NCBI GenBank assembly: GCA_965243135.1
Contig: OZ251539.1
Location: 256,001 to 320,000 of the forward strand
Length of the DNA: 64,000 bases
From: Alphaproteobacteria bacterium
GTDB taxonomy: Bacteria > Pseudomonadota > Alphaproteobacteria > MPNO01 > UBA830
Direction: 5' to 3'
A model generated the notes under the pieces. It was not told where the DNA came from. It saw only the letters and a list, made by a program, of their open reading frames with translations, and did not search any database. Below are positions 20,655 to 30,799 of this stretch, piece after piece. A program made the position numbers and the translations under genes. The first letter of the stretch is position 1. The number at the start of each line of letters is the position of its first letter.

Positions 20655-22286
20655 CAGAAATTCCCGCTAAGGTGGCCGCCCTTTGCGAAAGGCGCGTCGA
20701 GATAGTGTCGTTACCGAGGGACCAGCCGCCGCGACGCACCTTCCCCGCTTCGGCTTGGCGCCGACTTAGCCTTGACCATCCTGTTTCCCCTGAAAAACTT
20801 GCTTTGGCACATTCGGTCACGGTGCCAGGTCAGGAGGTGTCGTAGGGAATTCCCTCTGCTTTCCGGTATCCAAACGCGATCATAGAGCGTTTCCCAGTCC
20901 TTCAGGAAGTATTCGAGAAACAATCCCCGCACCTTTTCCCAGAAGTAAATGGACCGCTTGGCCTTCTTTTGCGCCTGTTGGAACAGTTTGCAACATCGCT
21001 GTTGAATCTGGTCAATCAGGAACGCCAGCATCATCAGGAACGCAAAGACCGTCGACAGATTCTTGTTACCGTGACCGAAGTTGTGCTCAAAGCAGTAGCC
21101 TTGGTTCTTCAGGGTGTTGAAAGTTTCGTTCTCGATCTTCCAGCGCGCTCGACCGGTGCGCATCAACTCCATCAGGTTCCCTTCGTCGATTGGCAGATCC
21201 GTGACCCAGGAGAAACGTTGTTTCTTGCCGTTTGGAAGCTTCTCCCAGTATTCGAGAAAGTTCACTTTGAGGTCGAAGTGCGTATCGTTCAGAGGCACTC
21301 CGTTGAGATACCGGAATTCGTGCCGTATGTTGTCCTCGTCCGTGAACTCCCGGCGCTCCACGGACAGCGCGTTGTTGACCCACTCGAACAGGAACTTGTG
21401 GTCGCCGGGCTTCGCCCCCAGTATGAAACGCATGTCTAACTCCTTGAGAAGATTGACATGTGGTCCATTCGAGGCCAGCCCATCCTCCAGCACGACCAGC
21501 TTCAGGCGCGGGTGTTCGCGACGCACATCTTCCAGAAGCCGTTTCGCCGCATTGCGTTCGCAATCGTTCTTTTTTGCGCCGTCTTCCTTCAGGATCGGTT
21601 CCGGCGCAAACGGAAAAACCTCCTTCTGTTCCGGATGCACCAGTACGGCTCCCAACATCTGGTGATAGTAGGTAATCGTAGCGTCGCGATGGTGTTTCTC
21701 TCAGCAGTTTTTACAGTGCACCTTGTCCGACGAGAAGTATCCCGTTCCGTCAATCGAAAGAGCATAATAGCCGTTCAGACAAGTGTATTCTTCCAACCCC
21801 TTCCCTCGTTGCAAAACTTGGAACAGCTTCGTGAAACAACGCCGCAATTGCCGCGGACAGACTTCGTCAAGACGTTCTCGCCTGTCCGACGGTACGCGTT
21901 TGATGCCGTACAGGGTCGCGAGGTTGTGCCGAACCGCTTCGTCGGCATGCGCGGCTTCGTCGAATTGCAGAAGCGATGCATACTTCATACCGAACACCGC
22001 TAAACCCGACATCAGGCAGTCCGTCTGATTCAGCCCCCGGCTTGCAATCTTCGATACGGTCGAAACAAGCTCGCACTTCCTTCAGCAATCCCGGAGCGCT
22101 GAGCGTCTTGCGCATGCTTGGCATTCTGGCCATTTTGGTACAACCCCGCCTCGCCTTTGGACCACTTTCCAGAGAAAAATGCTCCGCTTGAAGGCAAATA
22201 GCCCCGAATCGCCTCGAAAAGTCCACGAAAGATTTTTTTCAGACTCCATATTTTGCAAGGGTTTCGAGCCTTAGCGGGAATTGCTG
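20655..22286 (-). mobile_element. 1632-bp insertion sequence with 18-bp terminal IRs and 9-bp target duplication
   Basis: Ends CAGAAATTCCCGCTAAGG and CCTTAGCGGGAATTGCTG (1 mismatch); GTGGAACGA at 20646-20654 and 22287-22295; lower GC than flanks. Confidence 0.93.
20830..22133 (-). pseudogene. DDE transposase of the nested IS, inactivated
   Basis: LSAPGLL, DCLMSGLAVFGMKYASLL, SIDGTGYFSS, KNDCERNAAKR, LEDGL, GRARWKIENETFNTLKNQGY; in-frame TGA at 21701-21703 plus frameshifts near 22030 and 20880. Confidence 0.85.
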
Positions 22287-22295
22287 GTGGAACGA

Positions 22296-22510
22296 AATCG
22301 AACGTCCTGTCGCGTCGCGCACGACTGGCGCGACCGCCCGCTGACAAGCCACGAGGTGGTGGTGAACCTCGTCGGCCCGACGAAAAGCGGCCCGACCCGC
22401 CGGTTCGAGCCGGACGAAAACGGCTCGGGGCGACCGGTGACGGAGATGGCCGGCCTGTCTCTCGAACGAGACGCCTTCCATGGAGATACGGAATCTCGCC
22501 AAAATTTGGC
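22296..22510 (+). pseudogene. ISAzo13-family transposase relic, 3' part
   Basis: Continues KWN-EIE; WRDRPLTSHEVVVNL, EMAGLSLERDAFHGD. Confidence 0.75.
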
Positions 22511-22679
22511 GGGATCCTTTTCTTTCGACGGTTGGCTGTCCGCCCTCGCGGATCCGCGGGCGGCCGGCCCACGGCGCGGACGGCAGCCAAAAAAATGGCG
22601 CGGCGCGAACGCCTCGTCATTGACAAGGCGGCGGTCGGCGCTAAATTTCCGCGAGTTTCACCGCTGCCGGAAGGTCCAG

Positions 22680-22940
22680 ATGGCCGAAGTCGAAATCTAT
22701 TCCAGCTTGCGTTGCCCGTTCTGTCGCCGCGCCAAGAAGCTCCTGTCGGGCAAGGGGGTTTCCTTCAAGGAAATCGAGGTCGATTGGGACGCCGCTCTCC
22801 GCGATGAAATGGTGAAACGGTCGAACGGCGCTCAAACCGTCCCTCAGGTGTTTATCGACGGCAAGCATGTCGGCGGTTCCGACGAGCTTGCGGCGCTCGA
22901 TCGGGCAGGGGACCTCGATCGGATGCTCGGTCTGAACTGA
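22680..22940 (+). CDS. grxC: Glutaredoxin 3
   Basis: CPFC active site, TVPQVFI, HVGGSDEL; candidate TTGACA-N16-TAAATT promoter at 22620-22647. Confidence 0.92.
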   Translation: MAEVEIYSSLRCPFCRRAKKLLSGKGVSFKEIEVDWDAALRDEMVKRSNGAQTVPQVFIDGKHVGGSDELAALDRAGDLDRMLGLN

Positions 22941-23170
22941 AGGCCGGAATTCACGTTCGAAGCAGGCGCCTCCGCGCGGGCGAGCGGGCACGGATCCGCC
23001 TTGACGCCCGTCGCTCCGGGCGCGCCGTGACGAACTCCCTTTCCCGAAAGGTTTTTCGTCTTTCCGCCTTGACCGCGCAACGCCGCGCCCTTCGCCGGTC
23101 CAGGGCGGCTGCGTCTTGCCGGCCGCGCCGTCGCGGGAGAAGCCGCGACGGGCCTGCGGATGGCGGACCG

Positions 23171-23983
23171 CTATTGCCGGTCGCGAAGCATGTCCATCAG
23201 CGGCTTCTGCTGGCCGCCGTCGATCTCGATCATGGTTCCGTTGACGAAATGCGCGAGCGGCGACGCGAGGTAGGACACGAGATTGCCCACCTCTTCGGGC
23301 TCCGCGATGCGGCCGAGCGGAATGCTGCGCGGCGCGAGCTTGTCGGCCTCCTCGACGGTCAGATTCATGTCGCGAGCCATCGCTTCCACCAGCCCGGTCC
23401 AACGCTCGGTCCGGACCGGCCCCGGGTTGACCGCGACGAAGGTGATGTTCTCCTTTCCGTATTGGCCGGCGAGCGAAAGCGTCAGGTTCTGACCGGCGGC
23501 GTTCGCGGCCCCGGGGGCGATCTCCCAATAGGAATGCTTGAGCCCGTCATTGCCGATAAGGTTAACGATCCGTCCGCCGCCCTGTTTGCGCATATGCGGA
23601 ACGGCGTGCTTCGTGCAGCGCACGTACCCCATGAACTTGAGCTGCAGCGCCGACTCCCACGCCTCCTCGTCGAGGAATTCCAGCACGCCGCCGGGAGCCG
23701 ATCCGGCGTTGTTGACCAGAATGTCCAGCCGCCCGAAATGTTCGACGGTTTTCTCGACGAAGTTGCGGGCGTCCTCCGGATTCGTCAGGTCGGCGGGAAT
23801 GGCGATCACTTCCGAACCGGTCTCGTCCGACAGCTCGGACGCCGCCGCCTGCAGGCGCTGTTCGTTCCGGGCGCAGATCGCGACGCGTCCGCCTTCGCGT
23901 GCGAGACAACGGGCGATCGCCTTGCCGATCCCCAAGCTGCCGCCGGTGACGGCGGCGATCTTGCCTGTCAGTTGAAGATCCAT
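23171..23983 (-). CDS. SDR family oxidoreductase
   Basis: VTGGSLGIG, LDILVNNAG, VNPGPV, GRIAEPEEV, IEIDGG; canonical YxxxK absent (PGAAN). Confidence 0.88.
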   Translation of the reverse strand: MDLQLTGKIAAVTGGSLGIGKAIARCLAREGGRVAICARNEQRLQAAASELSDETGSEVIAIPADLTNPEDARNFVEKTVEHFGRLDILVNNAGSAPGGVLEFLDEEAWESALQLKFMGYVRCTKHAVPHMRKQGGGRIVNLIGNDGLKHSYWEIAPGAANAAGQNLTLSLAGQYGKENITFVAVNPGPVRTERWTGLVEAMARDMNLTVEEADKLAPRSIPLGRIAEPEEVGNLVSYLASPLAHFVNGTMIEIDGGQQKPLMDMLRDRQ

Positions 23984-24066
23984 CGGTCTTTCTCCCGCGT
24001 TGCGCATTGTCCGGGCGATTCATATCCTGTTTGAAAATAATCCCAAACCGGAGAGATCCGCAACGG

Positions 24067-26358
24067 ATGGTCAGCGTTATCGGCAAGTCGGCGAAGCGGA
24101 TCGAGGATCCCCGGTTTTTGACCGGACGGGCGCGCTTCGTGGACGACATTCATCCGTCCGGAGCCGCGGAGATGGCCTTGTTCCGGTCTTCGTTCGCGCA
24201 TGCGGCCATCCGTTCGATCGACCTCTCGGCGGCGCGCGCGGCGCCGGGCGTGGTCGATGCGTTTTGCGCCGGGGATCTTGCGCGCGAACTGCCGGAAATC
24301 CCGATCCGGCTGGCTCCCTTTCCGGGCTTGGCGAATTTCCTGCAGCGGCCGCTCGCCCGGAACAAGGTTCGTTACGTCGGAGAGCCGATGGCCGTCATCG
24401 TAGCGGAAAGCCGCTACCAGGCGGAGGATGCGGTTGCGCTGGTCGAGGTCGAATGGGAACCGTTGCAGCCGGTGACCGCGAAGGACGACGCAGTGCGGGG
24501 CGCCTCGCTGCTGTTCGAATCCGCCGGAACGAATGTCGGCGCCGCCTACAGGGTGGCGCGCGGGGATGCCGATTCCGCTTTCCGCCAGGCGGAATATACG
24601 CGGCGGGAAACCTTCGGAATCCAGCGGCAAAGCCCGCTGCCGATGGAGACCCGCGGCTTGATCGCGGAATTCGATCCGGGCGCGCCCTTCCTGCGCGTCA
24701 CGGGCGCCACCAAGGTAACTTGGTTCAACCGGCGCCATCTCGCGGCCGCCTTCGGCATCCCGGTGGAGGCGGTCGAACTGATCGAGGTGGATGTCGGCGG
24801 CGGCTTCGGCGCTCGGGGCGAACTCTACCCCGAGGATTATCTGGCGCCCATCGCCAGCGGACGCGTCGGTCGCCCCGTGAAGTGGATCGAGGATCGGCGC
24901 GAACATCTGATCGCCGCGAATCATTCGCGCGAACTCGACTGCGTTCTGGAAGTGGCGGCGACCCGTACCGGCGTCATCCTCGGCATGCGGGCCCGGGTGC
25001 GCGGTGACCTGGGCGCCTATGTCCGCACCAATGGAGGAGTCGCGCCGTCGCGGGCGGCCCAGTTTCTGCCGGGTCCGTACCGCATACCTGCGTTTTCCTG
25101 CGACATGCAAGCGGTGCTGACCAACAAGACGCCGTCCGGCACCTATCGCGGACCCGGCAGATTCGAAGCCAATTTCTGTCGCGAGCGATTGATCGACATG
25201 ATGGCGGCGGACCTGGATCTCGACCCCGCGGAAGTACGGCTTCGCAACCTCTTGACGCCTGCGGAACTGCCCTTTCCGCTCGGAGAACTGGTTCCCGGCG
25301 ACCGCGGCGGCGCGTACGACGGCGGAGACTATCCTGCGGCGTTCCGGCGGTTGCTGGACGACGCCGACTACGACGCCTGGAGATCCCGTCAGGGAGAGGC
25401 GGGGGCCGACGGCCGTTTGCAGGGCCTCGGCCTGGCTTGCTTTGTCGAAAGCAGCGCCGCCGGTCCGCCCGAAACCGCCAGCGTCGCCGTCGAAGCCGAC
25501 GGCCGCATCGAGATCAGGGTCGGCGCCTCGACCATGGGGCAGGGACTCGAAACCGCGATGGCGCAGATCTGCGCCGAGACGCTGGGCGCCGATATGGAGG
25601 CGATCTCCGTGCTGCACGGCTCCACGACCTTGCTGTCCGGCGGCGGCGGCACCTTCCATTCCCGCAACGCCGTCATGGCTGGCAACGCGGTTCGGTTGGC
25701 CGCCGAAGCGCTGCGCGACCGGTGCCTCGACCTTTCTGCTTTGCGGTGGAACGCCGACCGCGACGCTCTCGCGTTCGAGAACGGCGCGGTCCGCAATCCC
25801 GAAACCGGCGGTTCGCTCGAACTTGCCGAGATCGCGGAGCTCGCGCCGGACGGTCTTTCGGCCGAGGGGGCTTTCGACAACGGAGGAAAGGTCTCCTTTT
25901 CCTACGGCGCTCATGCCGCGCAGGTCGCGGTGGATCCCGAGACCGGCCATGTGGGGGTCGTGCGGTACTTCGTCGTCGAAGAAATCGGGCGGATCCTGAA
26001 TCCGGCGATGGCGCGCGGCCAGGCGGTCGGCGGCGCCGCGCAGGGAATCGGCGGCGCGTTGCTCGACAAGCTGGTGTTCGATGCGGACGGCCAGCCGCAG
26101 GCGACCAGTCTTGCGGATTATCTTGTACCCACCAGCATGGAGACCGGCGAAATTCTGCCGGTCCTTCTGGAAGACCATCCCTCGGAACTCAATCCGATGG
26201 GATTCAAGGGAGCGGGCGAGGGCGGCATCGTTGCGGTCGGAGGAGCGATAGGAAACGCCATCGTCCACGCATTGCGCGGCAAGAACGTGGAACTGCGGGA
26301 AACGCCGTTCGATCCGGTGTCGCTGCGGTCGCTGCTTGCCGAGGGAGCGCCGGAATGA
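24067..26358 (+). CDS. Xanthine dehydrogenase-family molybdopterin-binding large subunit (CoxL/CutL-like)
   Basis: RIEDPRFLTG, PMETRG, VGGGFG, YRGPGR, MGQGLET, QGIGGAL, KGAGEGG. Confidence 0.9.
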   Translation: MVSVIGKSAKRIEDPRFLTGRARFVDDIHPSGAAEMALFRSSFAHAAIRSIDLSAARAAPGVVDAFCAGDLARELPEIPIRLAPFPGLANFLQRPLARNKVRYVGEPMAVIVAESRYQAEDAVALVEVEWEPLQPVTAKDDAVRGASLLFESAGTNVGAAYRVARGDADSAFRQAEYTRRETFGIQRQSPLPMETRGLIAEFDPGAPFLRVTGATKVTWFNRRHLAAAFGIPVEAVELIEVDVGGGFGARGELYPEDYLAPIASGRVGRPVKWIEDRREHLIAANHSRELDCVLEVAATRTGVILGMRARVRGDLGAYVRTNGGVAPSRAAQFLPGPYRIPAFSCDMQAVLTNKTPSGTYRGPGRFEANFCRERLIDMMAADLDLDPAEVRLRNLLTPAELPFPLGELVPGDRGGAYDGGDYPAAFRRLLDDADYDAWRSRQGEAGADGRLQGLGLACFVESSAAGPPETASVAVEADGRIEIRVGASTMGQGLETAMAQICAETLGADMEAISVLHGSTTLLSGGGGTFHSRNAVMAGNAVRLAAEALRDRCLDLSALRWNADRDALAFENGAVRNPETGGSLELAEIAELAPDGLSAEGAFDNGGKVSFSYGAHAAQVAVDPETGHVGVVRYFVVEEIGRILNPAMARGQAVGGAAQGIGGALLDKLVFDADGQPQATSLADYLVPTSMETGEILPVLLEDHPSELNPMGFKGAGEGGIVAVGGAIGNAIVHALRGKNVELRETPFDPVSLRSLLAEGAPE

Positions 26359-27350
26359 CCATCGACGTTCATGCGCATTTCGTGCCGCCTTCCATGCTGC
26401 AGGGGCTGGACGACAGGGGCCGGGAATTCGGGGTTTCGCTGGCGGAGCGCGCGCCCGGCTGCGTGAACTGCGTCTTCGAGACGGGCTTGTCCGTGCGTCC
26501 GTTCTTCGACGCCATTCTCGACGTCGACCGGCGGCTCGCGGACATGGACCGCCAGCGGATCGATCGCGAGATCCTGACCCTGTGGGCCGACCTGTTCGCC
26601 TACGACCTGCCGTCCGGCAAGGGAGACGCCTGGCATCGCCACATGAACGATCACCTTGCGCGGCTGACGGAACGGAATCCCGACCGGTTTTCCTGGATGG
26701 CTTCGGGAGCGCTTCAGGATCCGGCGGCGGCGGCGAGGGAACTCGAACGTTGCATGAATGCGGGCGCGCTCGGCGCCGTGACCGCGACCGAACTGCGCGG
26801 CCGAAATCTCGGCGAATGCGATCTCGACGAGTTCTGGGCGGCCTGCGTCTCCCTTGGCGCGCCCGTCTTTCTGCACCCTGCCCAGCCGGCGCCGCCGGCG
26901 CGCGCCGGCAGGTTCGCTCTCAACCAGATCTGCGCCTATACCATGGACACGACGCTTACGGTCGGATCCTTGATCAGCGTCGGCGTGCTGGACCGCTTCC
27001 CGGAACTGCAGCTGATTCTGTCCCACGGCGGCGGGCTGATGCCGTGGTTGGGAGGCCGCTTCGATCGCATGTACGAGGCTGCGCCTCGCGACGTCACGGG
27101 CGTCGTCGCCGAGCGGCCGCCGTCGGCCTACTTGCCGCGGCTGTTCTACGACACGATCCTGCACGACGGAGCGGCGCTTCGCTACCTCGCGGCCAAGGTC
27201 GGGGTGGAAAGGCTTCTCCTCGGCAGCGACCTCCCGTTTCCGCCCGGCGATCCCGATCCGCTGCGGAGCCTGGGCGAGGCGGGTTTTACGGAGGCGGAGG
27301 CGCGGCGGATCGCCGAAATCAACCCCCGGACCCTTTTCGGGATCCGGTAA
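26355..27350 (+). CDS. ACMSD-like amidohydrolase_2 (decarboxylase/hydratase)
   Basis: ATGA overlap; IDVHAH, VFLHP, GVLDRFPEL, SHGGG, LGSDLPF. Confidence 0.85.
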   Translation: MTIDVHAHFVPPSMLQGLDDRGREFGVSLAERAPGCVNCVFETGLSVRPFFDAILDVDRRLADMDRQRIDREILTLWADLFAYDLPSGKGDAWHRHMNDHLARLTERNPDRFSWMASGALQDPAAAARELERCMNAGALGAVTATELRGRNLGECDLDEFWAACVSLGAPVFLHPAQPAPPARAGRFALNQICAYTMDTTLTVGSLISVGVLDRFPELQLILSHGGGLMPWLGGRFDRMYEAAPRDVTGVVAERPPSAYLPRLFYDTILHDGAALRYLAAKVGVERLLLGSDLPFPPGDPDPLRSLGEAGFTEAEARRIAEINPRTLFGIR

Positions 27351-27706
27351 TTCCGCCGTTGCCGGCCGGAGGCGCCCGCGTCGACGCCGACGTCTGGAGC
27401 TTCGCCGGACATCGGTTGCGAGGCCGGTCGCGCGTCCGGTTCGGGCGCGATTCGCGAACCGTTCTTTCCCCCGTACCGCTCCGGGCGAAACGCTCGTTCG
27501 ACGGACAGGCCCGGCAACCGACCCGCAGGGTTGCGGGAAACGAACCCTTTCCGGAGAACGCCCTCTCGCCGGGCGTCTCGTCGCGAGCGAACGGGCAGGG
27601 ACCGGTTCGCGCAAGGTGACTCTTCGGCGGGCATCGGGTAGGCATCCTGCGCGGTTCGTTTCGTTCGACGGGCGGCGCGCCTGGAGAGGCACAGGGAAGA
27701 TTGACC

Positions 27707-28636
27707 ATGAAGCTGCTGCATTTCGACGACTACAAGCTCGGCGTCTTCCGCGACGGCAACGTCGTCGACATCTCCTCCGTCGTCGCCGACATTCCTCACG
27801 TGACGCCCCAGGAAAGGATACGGGGCCTGATCGAGCGTTTCGACGAATACCGGGGGCGCGTCGAGACCGTTGCGGCAGACGCGGGCGGCGCGCCGGCCGA
27901 CGGGGTGCGGATGCGCGCTCCGCTGCCGCGACCCGGAAACATCGTCTGCATGGCGGTCAATTACATGGAGGACGGGACTCGGGAGAAGCCCGCGCCGATC
28001 AACGCATTCATGAAGACCTCGAGCGCCGTGATCGGCGACGGCGATACGATGGTGCTGCCCGATGCGCCGGCGACGGTGTTCGAGGGCGAGGCGGAGCTCG
28101 CCGTGATCATCGGCAGGCGGACGCGAAACGTGTCCGAGGCGGAAGCGATGGACTGCGTGTTCGGCTACGCGAACTTCATCGACGGTTCGGCCCGCGGCTT
28201 GCCGCCCGCCGGCAACGTTTTCTATCAGGCGAAGTCGCGGGACACTTTTGCGCCGATGGGTCCGTGGATAGTCACTCGGGACGAGGTAGCCGACCCGCAG
28301 AAGTTGCGCGTTCGACTTTGGAACAACGAAGTTCCGATGCAGGATTTCAACACCGACGACATGGCGCACGGGATCGCGCGCTGCATCTCATGGGTCAGCG
28401 CGGTTCATGCGCTGGAGCCGGGCGACGTGCTGGCCACGGGAACCAACCATCGCGGGCTGAACCCGTTCATGGACGGCGACACGATCGAGATGGAAACGGA
28501 GGGGCTCGGGCGGTTGACGATCCGGGTCCGGGACGACCTGAAGCGGACCTGGGCCCGCGTTACCCGCTTGCAGCACGCGGAAAGCGGAGGAAGAGGTAAC
28601 CATACGCCGCAGTTGACCGGCAAGTACTCCGGTTGA
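27707..28636 (+). CDS. Fumarylacetoacetate hydrolase family protein
   Basis: CMAVNY, FEGEAELAVIIG, NFIDGSAR, KSRDTFAPMGP, LEPGDVLATGT. Confidence 0.9.
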   Translation: MKLLHFDDYKLGVFRDGNVVDISSVVADIPHVTPQERIRGLIERFDEYRGRVETVAADAGGAPADGVRMRAPLPRPGNIVCMAVNYMEDGTREKPAPINAFMKTSSAVIGDGDTMVLPDAPATVFEGEAELAVIIGRRTRNVSEAEAMDCVFGYANFIDGSARGLPPAGNVFYQAKSRDTFAPMGPWIVTRDEVADPQKLRVRLWNNEVPMQDFNTDDMAHGIARCISWVSAVHALEPGDVLATGTNHRGLNPFMDGDTIEMETEGLGRLTIRVRDDLKRTWARVTRLQHAESGGRGNHTPQLTGKYSG

Positions 28637-28965
28637 TTCCTCTCCGCGCGGGGCATGCGCGTTTCCCCGGACGGACGCAGTCCTGAACGATGCATGGAAA
28701 GCCGCTTGCGCTGGCGGTCAGCGACCGCTTGCGACGGGAAAACGCCAATTTCCCGGCAGATCCTTCCCATGCAGGCGGTAGCGGCAACCCGTCGCGCGCA
28801 GCCCCTGTCGCACCGCCGTTTCGGGCTTCATGCCCCCGGATGTTGGACGTGATCTCGCTTGCCAGCCGCGCCCGCCTCGCGAACAGGCATTGCCGACCGG
28901 GGTCTCGACATGAAGACTTGAAGGGCGCCGTTCCCGGGGTGCGGGCTCAAGAGCGTCGCCTGCGC

Positions 28966-29478
28966 TCAAAGGTCGTCAATGATGCCCCGAATGTAATCTC
29001 GAAGCCACGGCACGGGCTCGAGATGCGCCTCGAGAACGGCCCGCATGCCGCCCCACGACTCCGCTGCTTGCGCTGCCGCGTCCCTGATTTCGACGCTATC
29101 GGCGGCCAACCCTTCGCGTACGAGATCGGCGCGCCATGACGCGGTTCCGGCAGACGCTTGACGCCCGAGACACCGCAGAACCGATGCCGCGAAGTCCGGA
29201 TGCGCGGCATCCTGAGAGAAAGCCCTGAACCACTCCAAAACGGGAAACTCGTCCTGGTCCTGCAATGCCTCTTCAATGATCTTCTCGGCCGGATGATTCA
29301 TTCCGTCCTCAAGCGGATCGGCTTCAAAAGCCGCCCATAGATCGGCTTCGAGCCGCGTCCGCTTCCGGGTTGCCCGGTCCCCTTCGGAAGCGCTGAGCGG
29401 GCGGTCGGCGACCTCTGTCGCGGGGGCGGCGTCGGGACGCGATGAATCCGGGCGGCGCTGCGGTTCCGGTCGCGTCAT
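28966..29478 (-). CDS. Hypothetical protein with HEAT-like C-terminus
   Basis: ATGA-coupled to the PhyH stop; helical content, DSVEIRDAAAQAAESW. Confidence 0.6.
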   Translation of the reverse strand: MTRPEPQRRPDSSRPDAAPATEVADRPLSASEGDRATRKRTRLEADLWAAFEADPLEDGMNHPAEKIIEEALQDQDEFPVLEWFRAFSQDAAHPDFAASVLRCLGRQASAGTASWRADLVREGLAADSVEIRDAAAQAAESWGGMRAVLEAHLEPVPWLRDYIRGIIDDL

Positions 29479-30299
29479 TGAGGGCGCTTGCTTTCCTGAA
29501 CGACGGCCGGGTCGGCGTAGCCCTTGATCCAGTGACGGATCACGTCCATGCAGACCGGATCCAGGTCGAACCGCGGCTCGGGATCGTAGTCCCAGTGGCC
29601 GTAGCGGTCGACGCCGCGCGCCAGGATCGCCGTGCGGCGCCCGATGACGCACCGTACCCGGGTCGGCAGGAAGGTGAACGACATGCCGAGACGGCGGTCG
29701 TCCGAAAGGTTGGGCGGCGAACTGTGCAGCATCCGCTCGTGGTGCAGCGAGAACTGGCCGGCCCGGAGCGGCATGTGGACGGCCGCGCTGTCGTCGAGAC
29801 CTTCGATCGACTGGCCGCGAGCGAGCAGGTTGCGGCGGTCGTAGGTTTCAACGTGACTCTGGTCCGGCCAGCGATGGCTGCCCGGCAACACGCGCATGCA
29901 GCCGTTCTCCGGCGTCGCGTCCGTGAACCCCAGCCACAGCGTGACCACGTCGTGCGGGTCGAGACCGTAATAGGCGGAGTCCTGATGCCAGGTGACGAAC
30001 CTTCCGTCGCGCGCGTCCTTGAACCAGAAGGTGGAGAGATAGAGCAGAATGTCGGGGCCGAGGAGATCCTCGACGGCGTCGAGCAGTCTTGGATGATGCG
30101 CGATCTCCCAGAGCCATCTGAATCCGAGGTGCACCTTGATGCGCAGGTGCTGCGCGATGTCGCCGTCGATCGTCGCCTCGTAAGATTCGATCCTCTCGCG
30201 GCAGGTTCTGGCTTCGTCCGCCGTCAGACAGTCGAACGGAAACGCGTAACCCTCGTTCCGGAACTGCTCGATCTGCTCCGTTGTCAGGACCTTGGGCAT
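29475..30299 (-). CDS. Phytanoyl-CoA dioxygenase (PhyH) family 2OG-Fe(II) oxygenase
   Basis: WHQD, ENGCMRVLPGSH, LHSSPPNLSDDRR. Confidence 0.9.
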   Translation of the reverse strand: MPKVLTTEQIEQFRNEGYAFPFDCLTADEARTCRERIESYEATIDGDIAQHLRIKVHLGFRWLWEIAHHPRLLDAVEDLLGPDILLYLSTFWFKDARDGRFVTWHQDSAYYGLDPHDVVTLWLGFTDATPENGCMRVLPGSHRWPDQSHVETYDRRNLLARGQSIEGLDDSAAVHMPLRAGQFSLHHERMLHSSPPNLSDDRRLGMSFTFLPTRVRCVIGRRTAILARGVDRYGHWDYDPEPRFDLDPVCMDVIRHWIKGYADPAVVQESKRPQ

Positions 30300-30406
30300 G
30301 ACGCGCTCCCCCGTCGGCCGGTTCCCCGAACGATGCTGCTGCAATATGATCGACCGACGGCGGCGAGAAAGCAATGCGCCGTCGGCAACGCGGAAAGGGG
30401 AGCGTC

Positions 30407-30799
30407 ATGGCGTCGGCATTCAGGGTTTTCCGTCTCGCCGAACTTCCCGCCGTGGAATTGCCGGGAGGGCGGGGCGCGCAGAAACCCATTGTCGATGCCG
30501 GCTGCGGCGCGACGGCTCTGGACGTCCATCTCAACCTGCTCGATGCGAGGGAGCCCGGAGGCCGTTATCATCGCCACACGAACTCCGACAACGTCTATAT
30601 CGTCCGGCGCGGCGTCGGCCGCCTCGTCGTCGAGGGACGGATCCGCGAGATCCGCGAAGACGACGTCGTCTACATTCCTGCCGGGACGCGGCATTCGCTT
30701 TCCAACGACGGCGAGGAACCGCTCGAACTCTTCGAAATCTACGCGCCGGCCGGCGACGCTTTCGATTTCGTGACGGACGATCCGGGAGAAGGGAAGTGA
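30407..30799 (+). CDS. Cupin domain protein
   Basis: YHRH...YIVRRG...YIPAGTRHSLSN. Confidence 0.85.
   Translation: MASAFRVFRLAELPAVELPGGRGAQKPIVDAGCGATALDVHLNLLDAREPGGRYHRHTNSDNVYIVRRGVGRLVVEGRIREIREDDVVYIPAGTRHSLSNDGEEPLELFEIYAPAGDAFDFVTDDPGEGK

Noticed and set aside
21701-21703. Selenocysteine or programmed readthrough at the in-frame TGA in the transposase
   Set aside because: The same gene has additional frameshifts, so simple decay is more parsimonious; the same applies to the TGA at 44918
24067-26358. Aerobic CO dehydrogenase (coxL)
   Set aside because: Active-site loop is TYRGPGR, not the form I AYxCSFR, and there are no coxM/coxS or accessory genes
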